Source: Vicugna vicugna (Eukaryota). Taken from it: a stretch of DNA of 64,000 nt. A program made the translations under genes and the position numbers. The stretch lies in the NCBI GenBank assembly GCA_013265495.1, contig MU058423.1:5624745-5688744 (forward strand), written 5' to 3'. This document shows, one piece after another, positions 1-13,437 of this stretch. The notes under the pieces were generated by a model, which saw only the letters and a list, made by a program, of their open reading frames with translations, ran no database searches and was not told the DNA's origin. Position 1 is the stretch's first letter. Each line of letters starts with the position of its first letter.

Positions 1-559
1 TGGTACTGCTCACAATGATACGGCAGGGCTCCAACATCCACTTTGTAATTGCTAAATGGTTTTCTGCAACTGGCAATCCAAATATTTTGATGCTACTGAA
101 GCTAAGGGTGATTACATCGGGCCTTTCCTATTCAGTTGTTACCTGGCAAAGTAGGTTTAATGTTTTGAGCAGGCTTTGAAAGGCTAGGGAAATTTTCATT
201 GTGTTAGACTGTGACAGCACAGGAAAAAGTTAAGGCATGAAGATGTATTTCTTTCCAACATGTAAAATGTATTATCCATTAGGGACTGTGTTTTTCATAT
301 TTCCATCCAAGATGACTTAAATCCCAGTTAAATATTAACTGATTGTGAAAAAAAGTGAGCATATTCTTTTTTTCAACTCCCTTTAAAGCCAAGTTTTACC
401 AGAGCTTCGACTCATGATGTCATTCTGTAGTATTTAAAATCTGAGCCCTATTTCTATTTAAAAAGATCACTACAACCTGCTAATAAAGACCTTTTTTCTA
501 CCACGTATTGAACATTTACTACAAGACAAGCATTTTGCTAAGCATATACGCAAAATAAG

Positions 560-3500
560 CTTATTGAGTATATTTGTCGTACAATAAAATTCACTTACTA
601 AAGTTTATACTTTGATGGGTTCTGACAAATGAATTTGGCTGTGAAATACTATCACAATCAAGCTACAGAACATTTCCTTCATCCTCAAAATTTCCCTCAC
701 AGCCCCTGAGTAGTCAAGACCCTCCCCTCAAGCCCAACCTTTAGCAATAACTAATTTGTTTTGTGCCACTATAATTTTGCCCTTTCTAAAATTTTTGTAT
801 AAATGGCAGAAAACAATATGTAACCATTTGTGTATGCCTTTATTCGCATAGCACAGTGCTTTTAAGATTCATCTGTGTTGGGCTTTTCATCAGCTGCTCA
901 CTCATTTTTAATCACTGAGTGGTTTTTCATTGTGAGGATATAACAAAATATGCTCATCCATTCTCAGTTTGGTGGATATCTGTTTCCAGCTTTGAGCTAG
1001 TATTAAATAGCTGCTATGAACATTTACATACAAATCGTTGCATGACCTATATTATCGTTACCCTTGGGCAAATATCTAGTAGCGATTGTTGAGTGATTTG
1101 GAAATGTGTGCTTAATTATATAAAAACCAACACACTATTTTTCCAAAATGGCTATTCCATTTTGCATTCCCATATTCAATGTATGAAAGTCCCAGTTGCT
1201 TGGTACCCTTATTAATATTGATTTTCTCAGTCTTTTTAATTTTAGCTTTTCTAGTATTAATTTTAGCTGTTCTAGTGGGAGATGGCCTTTCATTGGTTTA
1301 ATTTGCATTTTTTTCTAAAAACTAATGTTAGTGAGCCACTTTAAATCCGCTCATTGGCCATTTAATTAAATGTTTTGATTGAAGTGTCTTAAATGTTTTA
1401 CACATATTATACTTGGTTTATTATTATTAAATTTAAGAATTCTATATATAATTCAGATACAAATCTATGTAAGCATAAATATATTATGTAAATAAATTAT
1501 AAGTGGCAATTATTCTTCTAGTCTGTATGCTGATTTTCACTTTCTTAACAGTGTTTGCAAGCATGTTTTTAAACTTTTGATGTTTATTCTATACATTTTT
1601 TATATATAGTTCATATTCCTTGCATCTTAAGAATTATTTCCCAGAGGGAGGGTATAGCTCAGTGGTAGAGAGCATGCCTACATGCGTGAGGTCCTGGGTT
1701 CAATCCCCAATGCCTCCATTTAAAAAACAAACAAACAAATAAATAAATCTAATTACTCCCTCCAAAACAACCTCGAAGAAAATTCTAAGGAAAAATTATT
1801 ATTTCCCTAACCAAAGTTACAACAATTTTCTTCTATGCCCTTCTATAATTTTTATTGGTTTAGCTTTTACATTCAGGTCTGCAATCAATTTCAAGTTTTA
1901 TTTTGCATATGGTGCAAGACAAGTGTCTTAGCCCAGTCTGACACTTCTGGTTACTATAGCTTTATAGTAAGTTTTTAAAACAGAGTTTTCTACCATCTTT
2001 GTTCTGTTTAATAACTGTTTTGTTGTTTTGGTTATTACATGTACTTTGTTCTTCTATATAAATTTTGAGATCAGCTTATCAATTTCTACAAAATGACTTT
2101 TGAATGTCTTTGAAATTAGAAATTAAAAATTTGGAGAAATTGATATCTTAAATACGTTGAAACTTTCAATAGATAATTATAGTAGAAATTTCTATTTGGG
2201 TTTTTTTTTTTTTAAGTTTTCTTCCACAATGTTTAGCAGTTCTCAGTATATGGGTTTCACACATTTTTATACTGCTTACATTTAAACATTTCATGTTCCA
2301 TGCTGTGCATTTGGTATAAAAATGTTCTAAACATTTTTAGTAATATTTTTTAAAACCATCTAATTTTTAAATATTGACCATCAGTCCAATAAAGCTGGTA
2401 AATTCACTTAATTATCATAGTAGTTTTCTGTAGATTCCTTGTCATTTTCAGTATAAAAAGGTATATCTTACTTTATTGTATTTATGCTTTTTTCTAATTT
2501 TTTTCCATTTTTTACTTACTGGAAAATGAGTTCAATGATAAATAAAAGTAGAGATAGTAAATAACATTGCCCTGGTTTTAGTCTCAGTAGGAAAACTTTC
2601 AATCTTTCATTATTATGGTGTTAACTGTAGATTTTTCATAGTTTTCCTTCATCAGCTTTAGAAATACTCTTTCATTCCTAGTTTGGTGAGATTTTATCAT
2701 GAATCGATGTTGAATTTTTGAAGTGCTTTTCAATGTCTACTGATATGATTTTTAGATTTTTTTTCTTTTTATTATTTTAATAACATGAATTACATGGATT
2801 GATTTCCAAATGTCAATCTTGCATTTCTGGGATTAACCCTACTTGTACTTGATGATTATACCTTTTCTATATGGATAATTTGATTTCTTCATATTTAGAT
2901 TGGGATTTTTGTATTTATGTTCACAAAAATATCAGTATTCAGTATTCATCTCTTATAGTGGTTTTTCCAGATTTTGTTATCATGGTAATGGTCACATCAT
3001 AAAACAAGTTTGGAAAATACTCCCTCCTGTAATTTGGAAAAACATGCATGAAATTGATGTATTTCTTCCTCAAATAATTGGTAGAATTGACGACTGAAGT
3101 GATCTGTGCCTGAGGTTTTTTATGCGGAAAGTGAAGTCTATTTCTTTAGTAGATATGGGCAATTGCGGTATTTCTTTAGTAAACTTTCATAGCATGACTA
3201 TAAAGAGCATTTCTATTTCATCTAATTATTTAATTAAACCTTTTTCAGAATAGACTTTTGGATTGGTAGTAATGTCTCCTCTTTCATGCCTGATAATACT
3301 AATTAGAGTTTCTTTCTCTCTTCTTTTTAATTGATCAATCTGGCTGGATATTCATCAATTTTATTAACATTTTTGTGAAAACAGATTTTGCTTTTTCTAC
3401 TTTGATTCCCTCTTCCTATTTTATTATACCTACCTTTGCCATTACTATTTCCTTATTACTATTCCTTAGGGCTTAATTTGCTTTTCTTTACTAGCATAAT

Positions 3501-4250
3501 AAGGTATATGCATAGTTCATTGAATTGAGAACCTCTTTTTTTTCTTATAGTATCAGTATTTAAAGATATAAATGTCTCTGTAGGTACTGCTTTAGCTGTA
3601 ACCACACATTTTGATATACTGTGTTTCCTTTTTTATACAAACAAATATTTTCTAACTTCGTTATTTCTATTATGACACATTAACACATGAATTATTTTTA
3701 AATGTCTTGATTTCTTGCTATTTTCTGTATATCTTTCTGTTATTGATTTTTACTTTGATCCCATTATGCTCTAAGAACACACATTGCATAATTTCAATAC
3801 TTTTAATTCAGTTAAACTTTTTTGGGGGGCCCTGAATATGGTCTCATTACAGAATATTTTTGATGCAGCTCAAAATAAAGTATCTCCTATTATTTGAGAG
3901 TTGGATGATCTATGACTATCAGGTAGGTCAGTTTTAGTGATCATGTTTTCTAGGCACTCTTCAGTCTTACAGATTTTGGTTTACTTGTTACGTCAGTTAC
4001 TGGGAGAAAGGCATCAAAATTTATTGCTGCATTTATAGATTTTGTGATTTCTCCTGCACTTCTATATATTTCTGCTTTTAAGTATTTTGAAGCTTTGTTA
4101 TTAGGTTAGTGCATATTACTATGCTTATTATCTTTTGATGAGTGTATTGTTATCATTTTGAAATGTTTCTCTTCATGCCTGGAAATCTATCCACTCCAGC
4201 TTTCTTAGGTTTCTCTTAGTACTTGTACATATATATTTTTTTCATTTCCT
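560..4250 (-). mobile_element. Ancient LINE-1 (L1M-type) 3' UTR plus degenerate ORF2, antisense; interrupted by a SINE at 1643-1797
   Basis: Typical antisense L1 3' end (tacaataaaattcac...acaatcaag...acatttccttcatcc...ttttaagattcatc...ctgctatgaacatt), then T-rich antisense ORF2-like text (gatcagcttatcaatttctacaaaa, ttcattcctagtttggtgag, ggtagaatt...gtgaagt). No long ORF is left. Confidence 0.85.
1643..1797 (+). mobile_element. tRNA-derived SINE of the camelid Vic-1 type
   Basis: Starts gagggagggtatagctcagtggtagag. Pol III A box TAGCTCAGTGG at 1655-1665 and B box GGTTCAATCCC at 1697-1707. A-rich (aaac/aaat)n linker followed by ctaattactccc. 10-bp TSD attatttccc at 1633-1642 and 1798-1807. Confidence 0.9.
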
Positions 4251-4259
4251 TACAGTATT

Positions 4260-5170
4260 TTAATAACTTTTTATTTTAACATAATTTTAGGTTTACAGAA
4301 AAACTGTAAAGATAATACAGAGATTTGCCATATAGCAAATACTCAGTTTATCCCATTATTAACAATTTACATATTATGGCAAATTTGCTTTAGACACTTG
4401 TATATTCTCTCTCATTCATTTATTTATTCAATCATTATTTATGTCACTGTAGATACATGAATATGTATGTTATACTTGGGGATAACAATTTGACAATTTG
4501 GTGTGATTATGAAGATGCTATAAACTTCACATGCTGGTTTTTGTGTGGACATAAGGTTTCAAATAATTTGGATAAGTACTTGGTATTCTAATTGTATCTA
4601 TCCTACATTTAGTTTTATCAGAAACTGCAAAATTGACTTCCAAAGCAGCTGTATCATTTTGCAAAGAATAAGGGTTCCCATTGCTCTGTGTCCTCTCCAG
4701 CAAGTGGCATTGTCAGTGATTTTATATTTAAGATTTTGGCCATTATAATATTTGTGTGCTGGTTGGTCTGAAAATGTTTTTATTTTGTCTTCATTTTTAA
4801 AGACAGGTTAACTAGGTATAGAAATCTAGGTTAACGGTTTTTCTTTTTCTTTTCTTTTACCACATTGAAAAAATAACTCCATTTTCTGATTTGCTTAGTT
4901 TCTGATGAAAATTTTTCTGTCATTCTATCTGTATTCTTTGAATATACTGCATATTTTTCCTCTGGCTTTTTAAAAAAAATGATTTGGAGTTTAATGACTT
5001 CGATGTGTAGATTTACACTTTTTATCAAATTGGGAAAGAAGTTGGAGTATTATTTTTGATATTTTTTTCTGTCTCTCCTCTTCTGGGAGTCCAATTACAC
5101 ATTCATTAGATTGTTATTTACCACCCCATGGATCTTTGAGTTTCTGTACATTGTTTTGATCTTTAGACCC
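4260..5170 (-). mobile_element. Further old L1M fragments (3' end, then ORF1/inter-ORF remnants), antisense
   Basis: ataattttaggtttacagaaaaactgtaaagataatacagaga (L1 3' end), aactgcaaaattgacttccaaagc, then ggtatagaaatctagg...ttctgatgaaaattttctg...ttctgggagtccaattacac. Confidence 0.7.
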
Positions 5171-7979
5171 CTGAATTTATGTTTCATAGTTTTTATTGAC
5201 AATAACTGATTTGTCTACTCATAGACTATTACAGGCCTCCATTGGGTGCTCACTAGGAAGACTGTAGAGAGAGAATAAGACTGAGATAGGCCCCTCAAAA
5301 GAAAAAAGAAAAGAAATAGAAGGTAGAGCTTTCTAGAAAAGCAGCTATTTTCATTAAGTTTTGTTTCAAGGTATGACAAACATATAAATAGCAATTAAAA
5401 GAAAATAGAAAATCAAATTTCTTTTAGGGGAAATATTAGAGCTCCCCTTTTTAATAGCAATGTGAATTTCCAGTATAGAAGAAGATGGAAAAGATGGAGA
5501 CATAAACATAGTTACTAAAATAAAGTCCTAGAATAGGTGATCAAGGAAGTCAGTGTATTATAGAATAACATTTCTTCATAGAACAATTGTGTCTTAGACA
5601 AAAAGGTCTTAATCAATTATAGCCTAGAGGTTCTAGACTAGAAACTTCCTATCTACCTGGAATATATGGGCACTACTGTGCAGTTCTTAAGTCATTCATC
5701 TCAAGATGACATGTAAGCCTGGAGATGGGGAGAACTTCAGGGGCAGCCCTTGCAGACAGCTCAATCAACTGTGTCAGTTTCAAAAAACAGTATTTAATCA
5801 GAAAGGATAAGAGTTAATGGTGGAAGATAAGGACCTTGAGGTAGCTGAACTCTGTAGAGACTGGAGTTATCAGTAACCAGCATGAAGCTCTGGGTATCTT
5901 CTTGTTTTTCGGAGGTAAAATAAATAAACTCATGGATATTTCTTCCATTCTCCCAGTTAACTTTTTTCAGTTCTTACGCTACACATGCCATTTCTCACAT
6001 GCTATGAAAAGCACTTGTAACTCATCCTGAAGTAGGGTAACAAATGTGAGAGAACAGGAAAATTACCTTTCAAAGAACTTCGAGAACAGGCCTCTATAGA
6101 GCAACTATAGAAACCACAGCCCTGTCTCCTATTCGTCACAACGCAGAGTTCAAAGGCTTCAGCTACATTTCAAAAGCAATCCTAGAAGCTATACAGTGTG
6201 TATAACAGAAACAATTATCTATTCTCCGTGGGAAACTTGATTTCCATTTGATGAACAGTCCTAAAATTGGATTTTTATTCCCATCATTATGTAAGAAACA
6301 CTCCACCTACTTTATATGTCAAAGTCTTCACTTACTCTAATTAGAGGTGAGGGCAAAGAAGGCTTTATTAGAGAGAAAAGAGAGTGAAATACAGGATATC
6401 TTCCACAACATACATTGAATAAATCTAATTTTCTACGAATTATGAGTAGAATATAAAGGGATACATAGAAAATAGAATTGTTAGTTATTCTTTCTTACTC
6501 ACTCTCATATACACACACACAACCCAAAATATGATTTATACACCTTTGAAACAAGGCATTCACTATTGAGAGAACAAAACCTTGCTGAGAACTACAATAG
6601 TATCTCCTTCACCTTTGCATCATCCAGACATAAAGAGTTCTTGATATTTATTCATCTGGTTCTCATTAACTGCGTGTTATTTTGAATAAATTAGTTGCTA
6701 TTTCAAAATTCTAGTCCAAACTTAAAATATTTAAGGACATGGGGGAAAAAATCTCTTTCAAAACATCTTTTGGCATGGATGATACCAAAATGTCAAATCT
6801 CTTAATTTCACAGTGTGCCTAAGTTAATCCTAAAATATTAGGATTTTTGGTTGTGACAGAAAAGAAGCTTGTCAATCATAGGTTGCCTGGTTTATGAGGT
6901 GACCAATGTAAAATAACACAGATCTTTGAAAACAGAATATACTCATTCTCTAATAATCTGAGTGTGTTTTAGTGAATCAATTAAAAAGTCACCATGCATC
7001 CCATAAAATACTTTATATATTTCCTCAGTCAGTTTAGCTCTGGCTAGGGGAATATTGCATGCAAAACAAATAGGAGACCATTAAAGAACATTTCTGTGTT
7101 ACTTGACCATCCTGAATGTCCTTTTTAAAGTCAGTTTAAGTGACTACTGCAATATAGAAAGGAGTAATTAAAATAAAGAGTGAGAATTACCAACCTTGGA
7201 TTATCTTCTGACATGCACACTTCACAAAGATGCACGATGTGAAATTTACTTCCCAAGGCTAGATTCTAATCTGTAAATCCCTATGATGAAGAATAATGAA
7301 AATTACATACAGGGTGAAGAAAGTTTTTCTTGACATGTCGTATACCATAAAAGTGACTTAGACAATTTCCTTCTTTTGACAGTTATATGGAAGGGAAAAC
7401 GTTAGATTTTTAAGTCATATTTTTGTGCTTTCCTTCAATTTAAAATGAACATATATACTTTTTTATAATACTTAATACAGTGTGTTAAAAACTAATATTC
7501 TAAAATTTATAGTAAGGAAACGTACTTGTTAACAATAGTTCTTGCTGTTTAATAAACTAAAAAAATTTGGAAAGATTTATAACAACATGTACAGAATTAA
7601 TGCCAAATAATATTACTGTTGAGATTATTCTAACACCAAACACTATTTTGCAGAACTAAGCAACTTGAGCAGCTACTATATTCTTTACAAGTTTTCATAA
7701 TTTATGAATGATTAATAATAACCACAGAATGAGCTTAGGAAGCCACTTATTAATAAATATTTCAAAATGAAAACATGACAAGGCAGAAACTTTAAAGAAG
7801 TAATGATCTCATTAGTTCTGATTATAGGCACATCACTAAGAACTAATACAAAAACAAAATTTAATAGTCACCATTTTATAAAGTATTCAACCAAATAATG
7901 AAAATTAAAGGCAAGAAGATTACAGATTTTCTTCTGTACAGATGGCTTTCATTGAATAACTTTCTCTGAGGATGAATTA

Positions 7980-8268
7980 CAGTCATCCCCTCTCCTCTAG
8001 TTTCCACAAGGGGACTGGTTCTAGGACCCACAATGGATACCAAAATCCGTGGATGCTCAAGTCCCATAACAAGTCCTCCATATCTCTAGATTTAATGTCC
8101 AAGAATTCAACCAACTATGGATGACAAACACAGCACAGGATCTGTTGTCAGTTGAACCTGCGGATGTGGATCCCATGGATATGGAGAGCTGATTGTATAT
8201 TTATCAGAAAACATCCTAGTGTAAGTGGACCCTGGCTGTCCAAACCTGTGTTGTTCAAGAGTTAACAG
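7980..8268 (+). mobile_element. Non-autonomous TcMar-Tigger element (MER8/MER2/Tigger2-like)
   Basis: TA|cagtcatcccc...ggttctaggaccc...ggataccaaaatccgtggatgctcaagtccc at the left end. Right end is gtgtaagtggaccc...caaacctgtgttgttcaagagttaacag|TA. TA target duplications at 7978-7979 and 8269-8270. Confidence 0.85.
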
Positions 8269-10129
8269 TAAAGAGAAGGTTAAATTCATATGCAGAGGTG
8301 AGAAAATAGAAGGTAGGATATGGCTACAACAGATAAGCAGGAATGTATTTCTGTAGTTTGCAAAATAAAAGACCAGGGATGAGCTTCAATGTATTTTGTC
8401 TTTCGGACTATAGTTTGTGACTTGCAACACTAATTCTAGAGGAAAAATGAAGAAAAATATAAATAATTATGTTATTTTAAAAAATAGGTCACTATTCAGT
8501 ATATTCAAATCCTAACTATATGAGGTAACGATCTTAAAGTAAATGGCTCACATGCCTTAGTAGCTGATGTTGTGTGACATTCAATCAAATTGTTTTCATC
8601 TCACAAAGTGATATTTCAGGTAAGTAACAAATCATAGCAGCTCTGTTTCAGTAACCGTTCTGAAATGAGTACATAGAAAATAAAGTTTAAAAATATTCCA
8701 AAGGGCCAATATGTTTGCCTATAAGTGGGCTATCCTGTTTACAGCACTACTAACAAGACAGAAGTCTATGTTCTTAATGATATTAGATGAGAAGAAGTAG
8801 TGAAAATGATGCAGCTCCTTTCCCCTTTTTCATTACAATCAGATAACACCAGCCCTGTTAGAGGTAACATTGCTCAAAGAAAGGCAGAGCAATTCTACTC
8901 AGGAATAGTGATGGACAAGTCACCTGGGTACTTAAGAGTCAGCTATTCACAACTTCTTCTTTCTCCCCATCCAAAGATGATTCTAATTTTTCAGCTCAGA
9001 TTTTTGTTTCTCTCCTCTTTCTTCCTTGCCTTAGGACCTGGCTATACCCTAATACAACCCCTCCCCCCAAAATTCCAATGTGAAGTTGGTAAAACACACA
9101 GTTTTCACCCTTGGCCCATTTTCTGTTTTGAATGTGAGGATAGGGCATGAAGGAATGTTAGAATTTGAATTCCAAGTTGAAAATTTACATATGTTTATTT
9201 ATACATCACATATGAGTTGCTAAGCTAGTGTTGTAAGAATGTTAGTACAATAAACCATAATTTAATGTTCTCTTTTTCAAAATTCCAGTGGATCCTGAAT
9301 TATGAATAATTATTGTAATTCTCAGTCAATTTATTAAAAAAAAAAAACCCACTACTTTAGCTTCTACCTGGCCTCAAATTTGAACATAGTGTAATGCATA
9401 CTGTGTTTTGGATGAAATGAATTAACATAGTATAAATGCTAAAAGTAAATTCTACATGTTTCCTCATTATACCAGTTTCTTTTCCTGTGGATTCTGTGAA
9501 ATATGAAATCAGTATTTTGAGCTATTATTTGACAATAAGCTTGTCTTTCCCTTTCAAGTTAGTATTTTAAAAAAATAATTACATATAAAAGTTATCAATC
9601 TCTTATTTCTTAACATCTTATATCATTTTTCATTTTTCATTTAATCTTCTGAGCTGATTTATTTTTGGATGACTAATCTTCAGGACACAAGAGAAAGCAT
9701 ACATCAGAAACACACACCTTGAAACAATTATTTGTCCTCTTCTGTCCGAGTGGATGTTCCCCTGACACAGCAGCTCTCTACATTTGGCATCATCAACACA
9801 CAGAGAAATTAGCTATTATTCTCCAAGGTCCTCAGATACACAATTCTTGGCATGTTCTTTTTGTTATCAATACATTACTGCACGTTTTCTGAGGACAGAG
9901 ACCCTTTCTGTTTGACCATTTTATTCCCAAGAGTTTACATCGTTCCAGGTCCATAGCAGGTAGTAAGTAAATATGCATAAAATGCCTGGGAAGACTAACC
10001 TGAGAATAAAGCAAAACTCTAAGGCAAGTATTCTCTGCTAAATGGTTGAGATACTTAAGTGTGTCTCAAATCATTTGAGATTTTTGTTCTTCTTTCATTA
10101 CTATTGCAAATTTCTGGCAGGAATTATAT

Positions 10130-10250
10130 ACTTAAAATTATTGAATTAACCAATAATAGTTATAATAATCTATATTAACTATAACATATAGCATAATAAT
10201 TATATTGTATAATATATTATAATATATATATATAATTATAAATATACATA
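10130..10250. repeat. AT-rich low-complexity / (TA)n-like tract
   Basis: Almost entirely A/T, e.g. ataattatattgtataatatattataatatatatatataattataaatatac. Confidence 0.8.
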
Positions 10251-11556
10251 GCTATGTAGTACAGTAAGGTCTCCAAATCCATGGAAACAGAGTTCCAGCT
10301 GTAGAAAGTATTATATATACAAAGATTTATAATAATAAATGTTAGCCATATAATGTTTAGTCTTACTGTTCTCTGGAAATATAAGCCAAAACTCCAAGGA
10401 TAATCCCTGTAAAGCACAAATATTCTTCTATGGGCTTCTTCACTTTTCAGGAATAGAAATTTAGATTTTAATTTTACTGTCATAACAAATACGAATCTTA
10501 TTGTAATAGTGCCTTTTTTATCTTGGTGGCCTTATCTTGAAGGCCACCTCACTGCACCTGTTATGCTTCAGTCATTCTGGAAATTCCCTCACACCACTTC
10601 ACACGTTACTGCCCTCCACCTGTAACAGATGCCCCTCCTCTGAGTCCCTACCCTTTATAACTCTCCTGTGTTACATCTCAGAATGTATTACCTTCCTTTG
10701 CTCCCTTGGCAACATAATCTTTCCATTATTATACAATTTGTCAAATTGAATTTAATTTATATTTTTCTTTATGTCCTCACTATTATATGATGAATGGAAG
10801 AAACTGCACATGTATTTTGTTTTTACTTTTGTTCATTTCTATGTTCCTTCTCTTAGAACATATGCTAAAACTAAATTTACCGTTTATCAGATGAAGTATT
10901 TTAAGCATTGGACAAGTGTGGCTTTGTCTTAAAATATGGTATTTAAAAATCATTTCACATTTAAATGAATTTCCTATTTTTCACTTGCTCTAATAATTAT
11001 TCTTACATCTAAATACTTCCCATCCTGGGCATCTAAAGATGTCTACGTTTAAGCTTTAATACATGTAAAATTTTCAGTTATTTCCTATGACAACTTATTG
11101 AAACTTGTAATGACTTTTGAAAAGGAAGAAAGTTGTGTGAATAAAAAAATATGTTCTTGAAATATTGATAATACTAAATAATTATATTATTTATATAATT
11201 CTAAATAATTATATTACATTAACAATTAAATAAAAATCACAGGATAAAAATTTGCATCAAATATTTCTTAAGGAAAATGTTTATGATACATGTATTCAAC
11301 AGGTACCTATACATAAAAACCTCCCTGTAAAGAATGAAGTACAACTATGCTTTTAGACTTTCCTTAGCTTTATATACTGTAAATTCAAGCATACCTAACT
11401 GGTTTTAGGGTTTAAATTGGTCATACAATTTAAAATGCTCTGTCTGTAAAGTTTTCATTATCCATGTAGTAGCGTAAGTTTTGTTTTTGCTCCATGCTAA
11501 TCCTATTGCATCTATCAATAGAATTTATCACACTGGATCACAGAGCATAATCTTCC

Positions 11557-12157
11557 CAATTATTGTCTCCATCTCCAAGACTAAGGACAGGGTGTTTCAT
11601 GTCCCATTTATTCTCTTGTTGAACATTTGTTTCAGGTGGTTTATATTCATGCTTCATGTATTGTTAATTTTCCCCCATATTTCTTTTTGACACTGAAGCT
11701 GTGGATATTAATCCTGCCACAGCAATACCTTGTTTTCATTTTTAAAATGCATTTGCCTCCTTCAGATGTTTGGCCTTTATTTCATTTGGTCTTATTTCTT
11801 TAAAAAAAAAAAAAACTTTCACTGGAAAATTTTTTTTATTCATTCTTATACAAAAAACAATTATTGTCTCCATCTCCAAGACTAAGGACAGGGTGTTTCA
11901 TGTCCCATTTATTCTCTTGTTGAACATTTGTTTCAGGTGGTTTATATTCATGCTTCATGTATTGTTAATTTTCCCCCATATTTCTTTTTGACACTGAAGC
12001 TGTGGATATTAATCCTGCCACAGCAATACCTTGTTTTCATTTTTAAAATGCATTTGCCTCCTTCAGATGTTTGGCCTTTATTTCATTTGGTCTTATTTCT
12101 TTAAAAAAAAAAAACTTTCACTGGAAAATTGTTCCTATTCAGTCTGATACAGAGAAA
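11557..12157. repeat. Near-identical tandem duplication, period ~301 bp (copy 1 11557-11857, copy 2 from 11858)
   Basis: Both copies read caattattgtctccatctccaagactaagg...actggaaaatt and differ only in an A-run (A14 vs A12). The ORF track shows the same C-terminal peptide in ORFs 11481..11690 and 11770..11991. Confidence 0.97.
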
Positions 12158-12464
12158 AATTTCTTCATGAAATTTACATTTTAATATTTAAAGTGATATG
12201 CCAGAAATAATATTCACCCTCTCATTTTTTAGTTCTGGATATTGTATATTCTCAAGCTCTCTGCAAACACCTTCTATCAAAACTTACAGGTACTGAAAAA
12301 GGCCTTAGAAACATTGTTAGTAATTTTTCTTGAAATGGTGAAACAACCAACAATAATTAAAAGTAAATTGCTTATTTTACTGGTAATAATATATAAAAAT
12401 ATGTAAAATTTAGTAAAGTATTATTTTGTGATCTTTTTGTTCTCTCAAAATATTTTGCAAGCAT

Positions 12465-12770
12465 AGTTTTTCAGTTATTGAAAATCTGAATTATTGCATA
12501 CACACAAAAAAGTGTACAATTCATAATTGTAAAGCTTGAACTTTCACAGACTGAATTCATCTGTTTAGCAATTACCTAGACCAAGAAACAGATCCATACC
12601 AGAACCCCTAAAGCTCCCATATACCTCTTTGCTGTTGCAAGTCCTCTCCTCAAGGATAACCAGTATCCTGATTTCTGTATTCACAGTTGGCTTTTTGCCA
12701 GTTCTGAAACTGTTCAAATTGAATCATTGTTGTTGCTTTCTTAAATTCAATGTTACGTTCCTGAGAGGAA
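12465..12770 (-). mobile_element. Old L1M(E) 3' end fragment, antisense
   Basis: gcatacacacaaaaaagtgtacaattcataattgtaaagcttga...accaagaaacagatccataccagaacccc...gataaccagtatcctgatttct. Confidence 0.7.
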
Positions 12771-13059
12771 TTAAGTTTTACTAGTAATTATCAAATTTCA
12801 ATATATAGTTGCTTGGTTTATATGTGAGGTGTTTCACGTGAAATGTGGGATATCTTGAGGGAGCAGAGAGAGTTGCACAATGCAAGTTAGCTGACAATCA
12901 TTACATTGTGTCTTTTAATATAATGTGACATATTATAGTGTATTTCTGCTCTACTTAACAGATATGTGCATTTTGGAACTTAGTGTTAATTAAACTAATT
13001 ACCACAAAATGTTCAAGTAACTTAAAAATATCCATTCAAAGAAAACAAGTATTTAAAAT

Positions 13060-13420
13060 AATGCTGAGGATACAATATTTATCTTTAATAATGCTACTTG
13101 CTTTAAAGTCTTTTTGTCTGATATTAGTATTGCCACACGAATTTCTTTATTGTTTACAAAGTATATTTCCTTCTACCCTTTTCCTTTCATCTTTATGTAC
13201 CACCTTTATATTTAAAATGTCTCTTGAAAGCAGTATATAGTTAGGTTAAACTTTTCCTTAATCAAGTTTGACAATATTAGTCTTTTACATGGAGAATTTA
13301 CTCAATTTATATTTAATGCAATTACTGATCTAGATGAGTTTATGACTACTATATTATTGTTTTTTATCAGAATATCAGTTTTATATTTTCCTCTCCTCTT
13401 CTTATTTTTAGTTGTTTATT
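13060..13420 (-). mobile_element. Old L1M fragment, antisense
   Basis: tttatctttaataatgctacttgctttaaagtctttttgtctgatattagtattgccacac...gtctcttgaaagcagtatatagttagg...atttatatttaatgcaattactgat. Confidence 0.7.
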
Positions 13421-13437
13421 TAATAAGAAGAAAGGAC

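Noticed and set aside
1645..1720. tRNA gene
   Set aside because: It is a tRNA-like head only, followed by a SINE body and tail and flanked by TSDs.
6060..6190. Minus-strand exon (ttctag|gat...gaaag|gtaatt)
   Set aside because: Stops occur in all three frames and there is no other support.
11557..12157. CRISPR-like or functional repeat array
   Set aside because: There are only two long copies with no repeat-spacer periodicity, in a mammalian context. It is better explained as a duplication or assembly artefact.
12832..12843. 12-bp palindrome tttcacgtgaaa with an E-box
   Set aside because: It is an isolated short motif of a size expected by chance in 64 kb.
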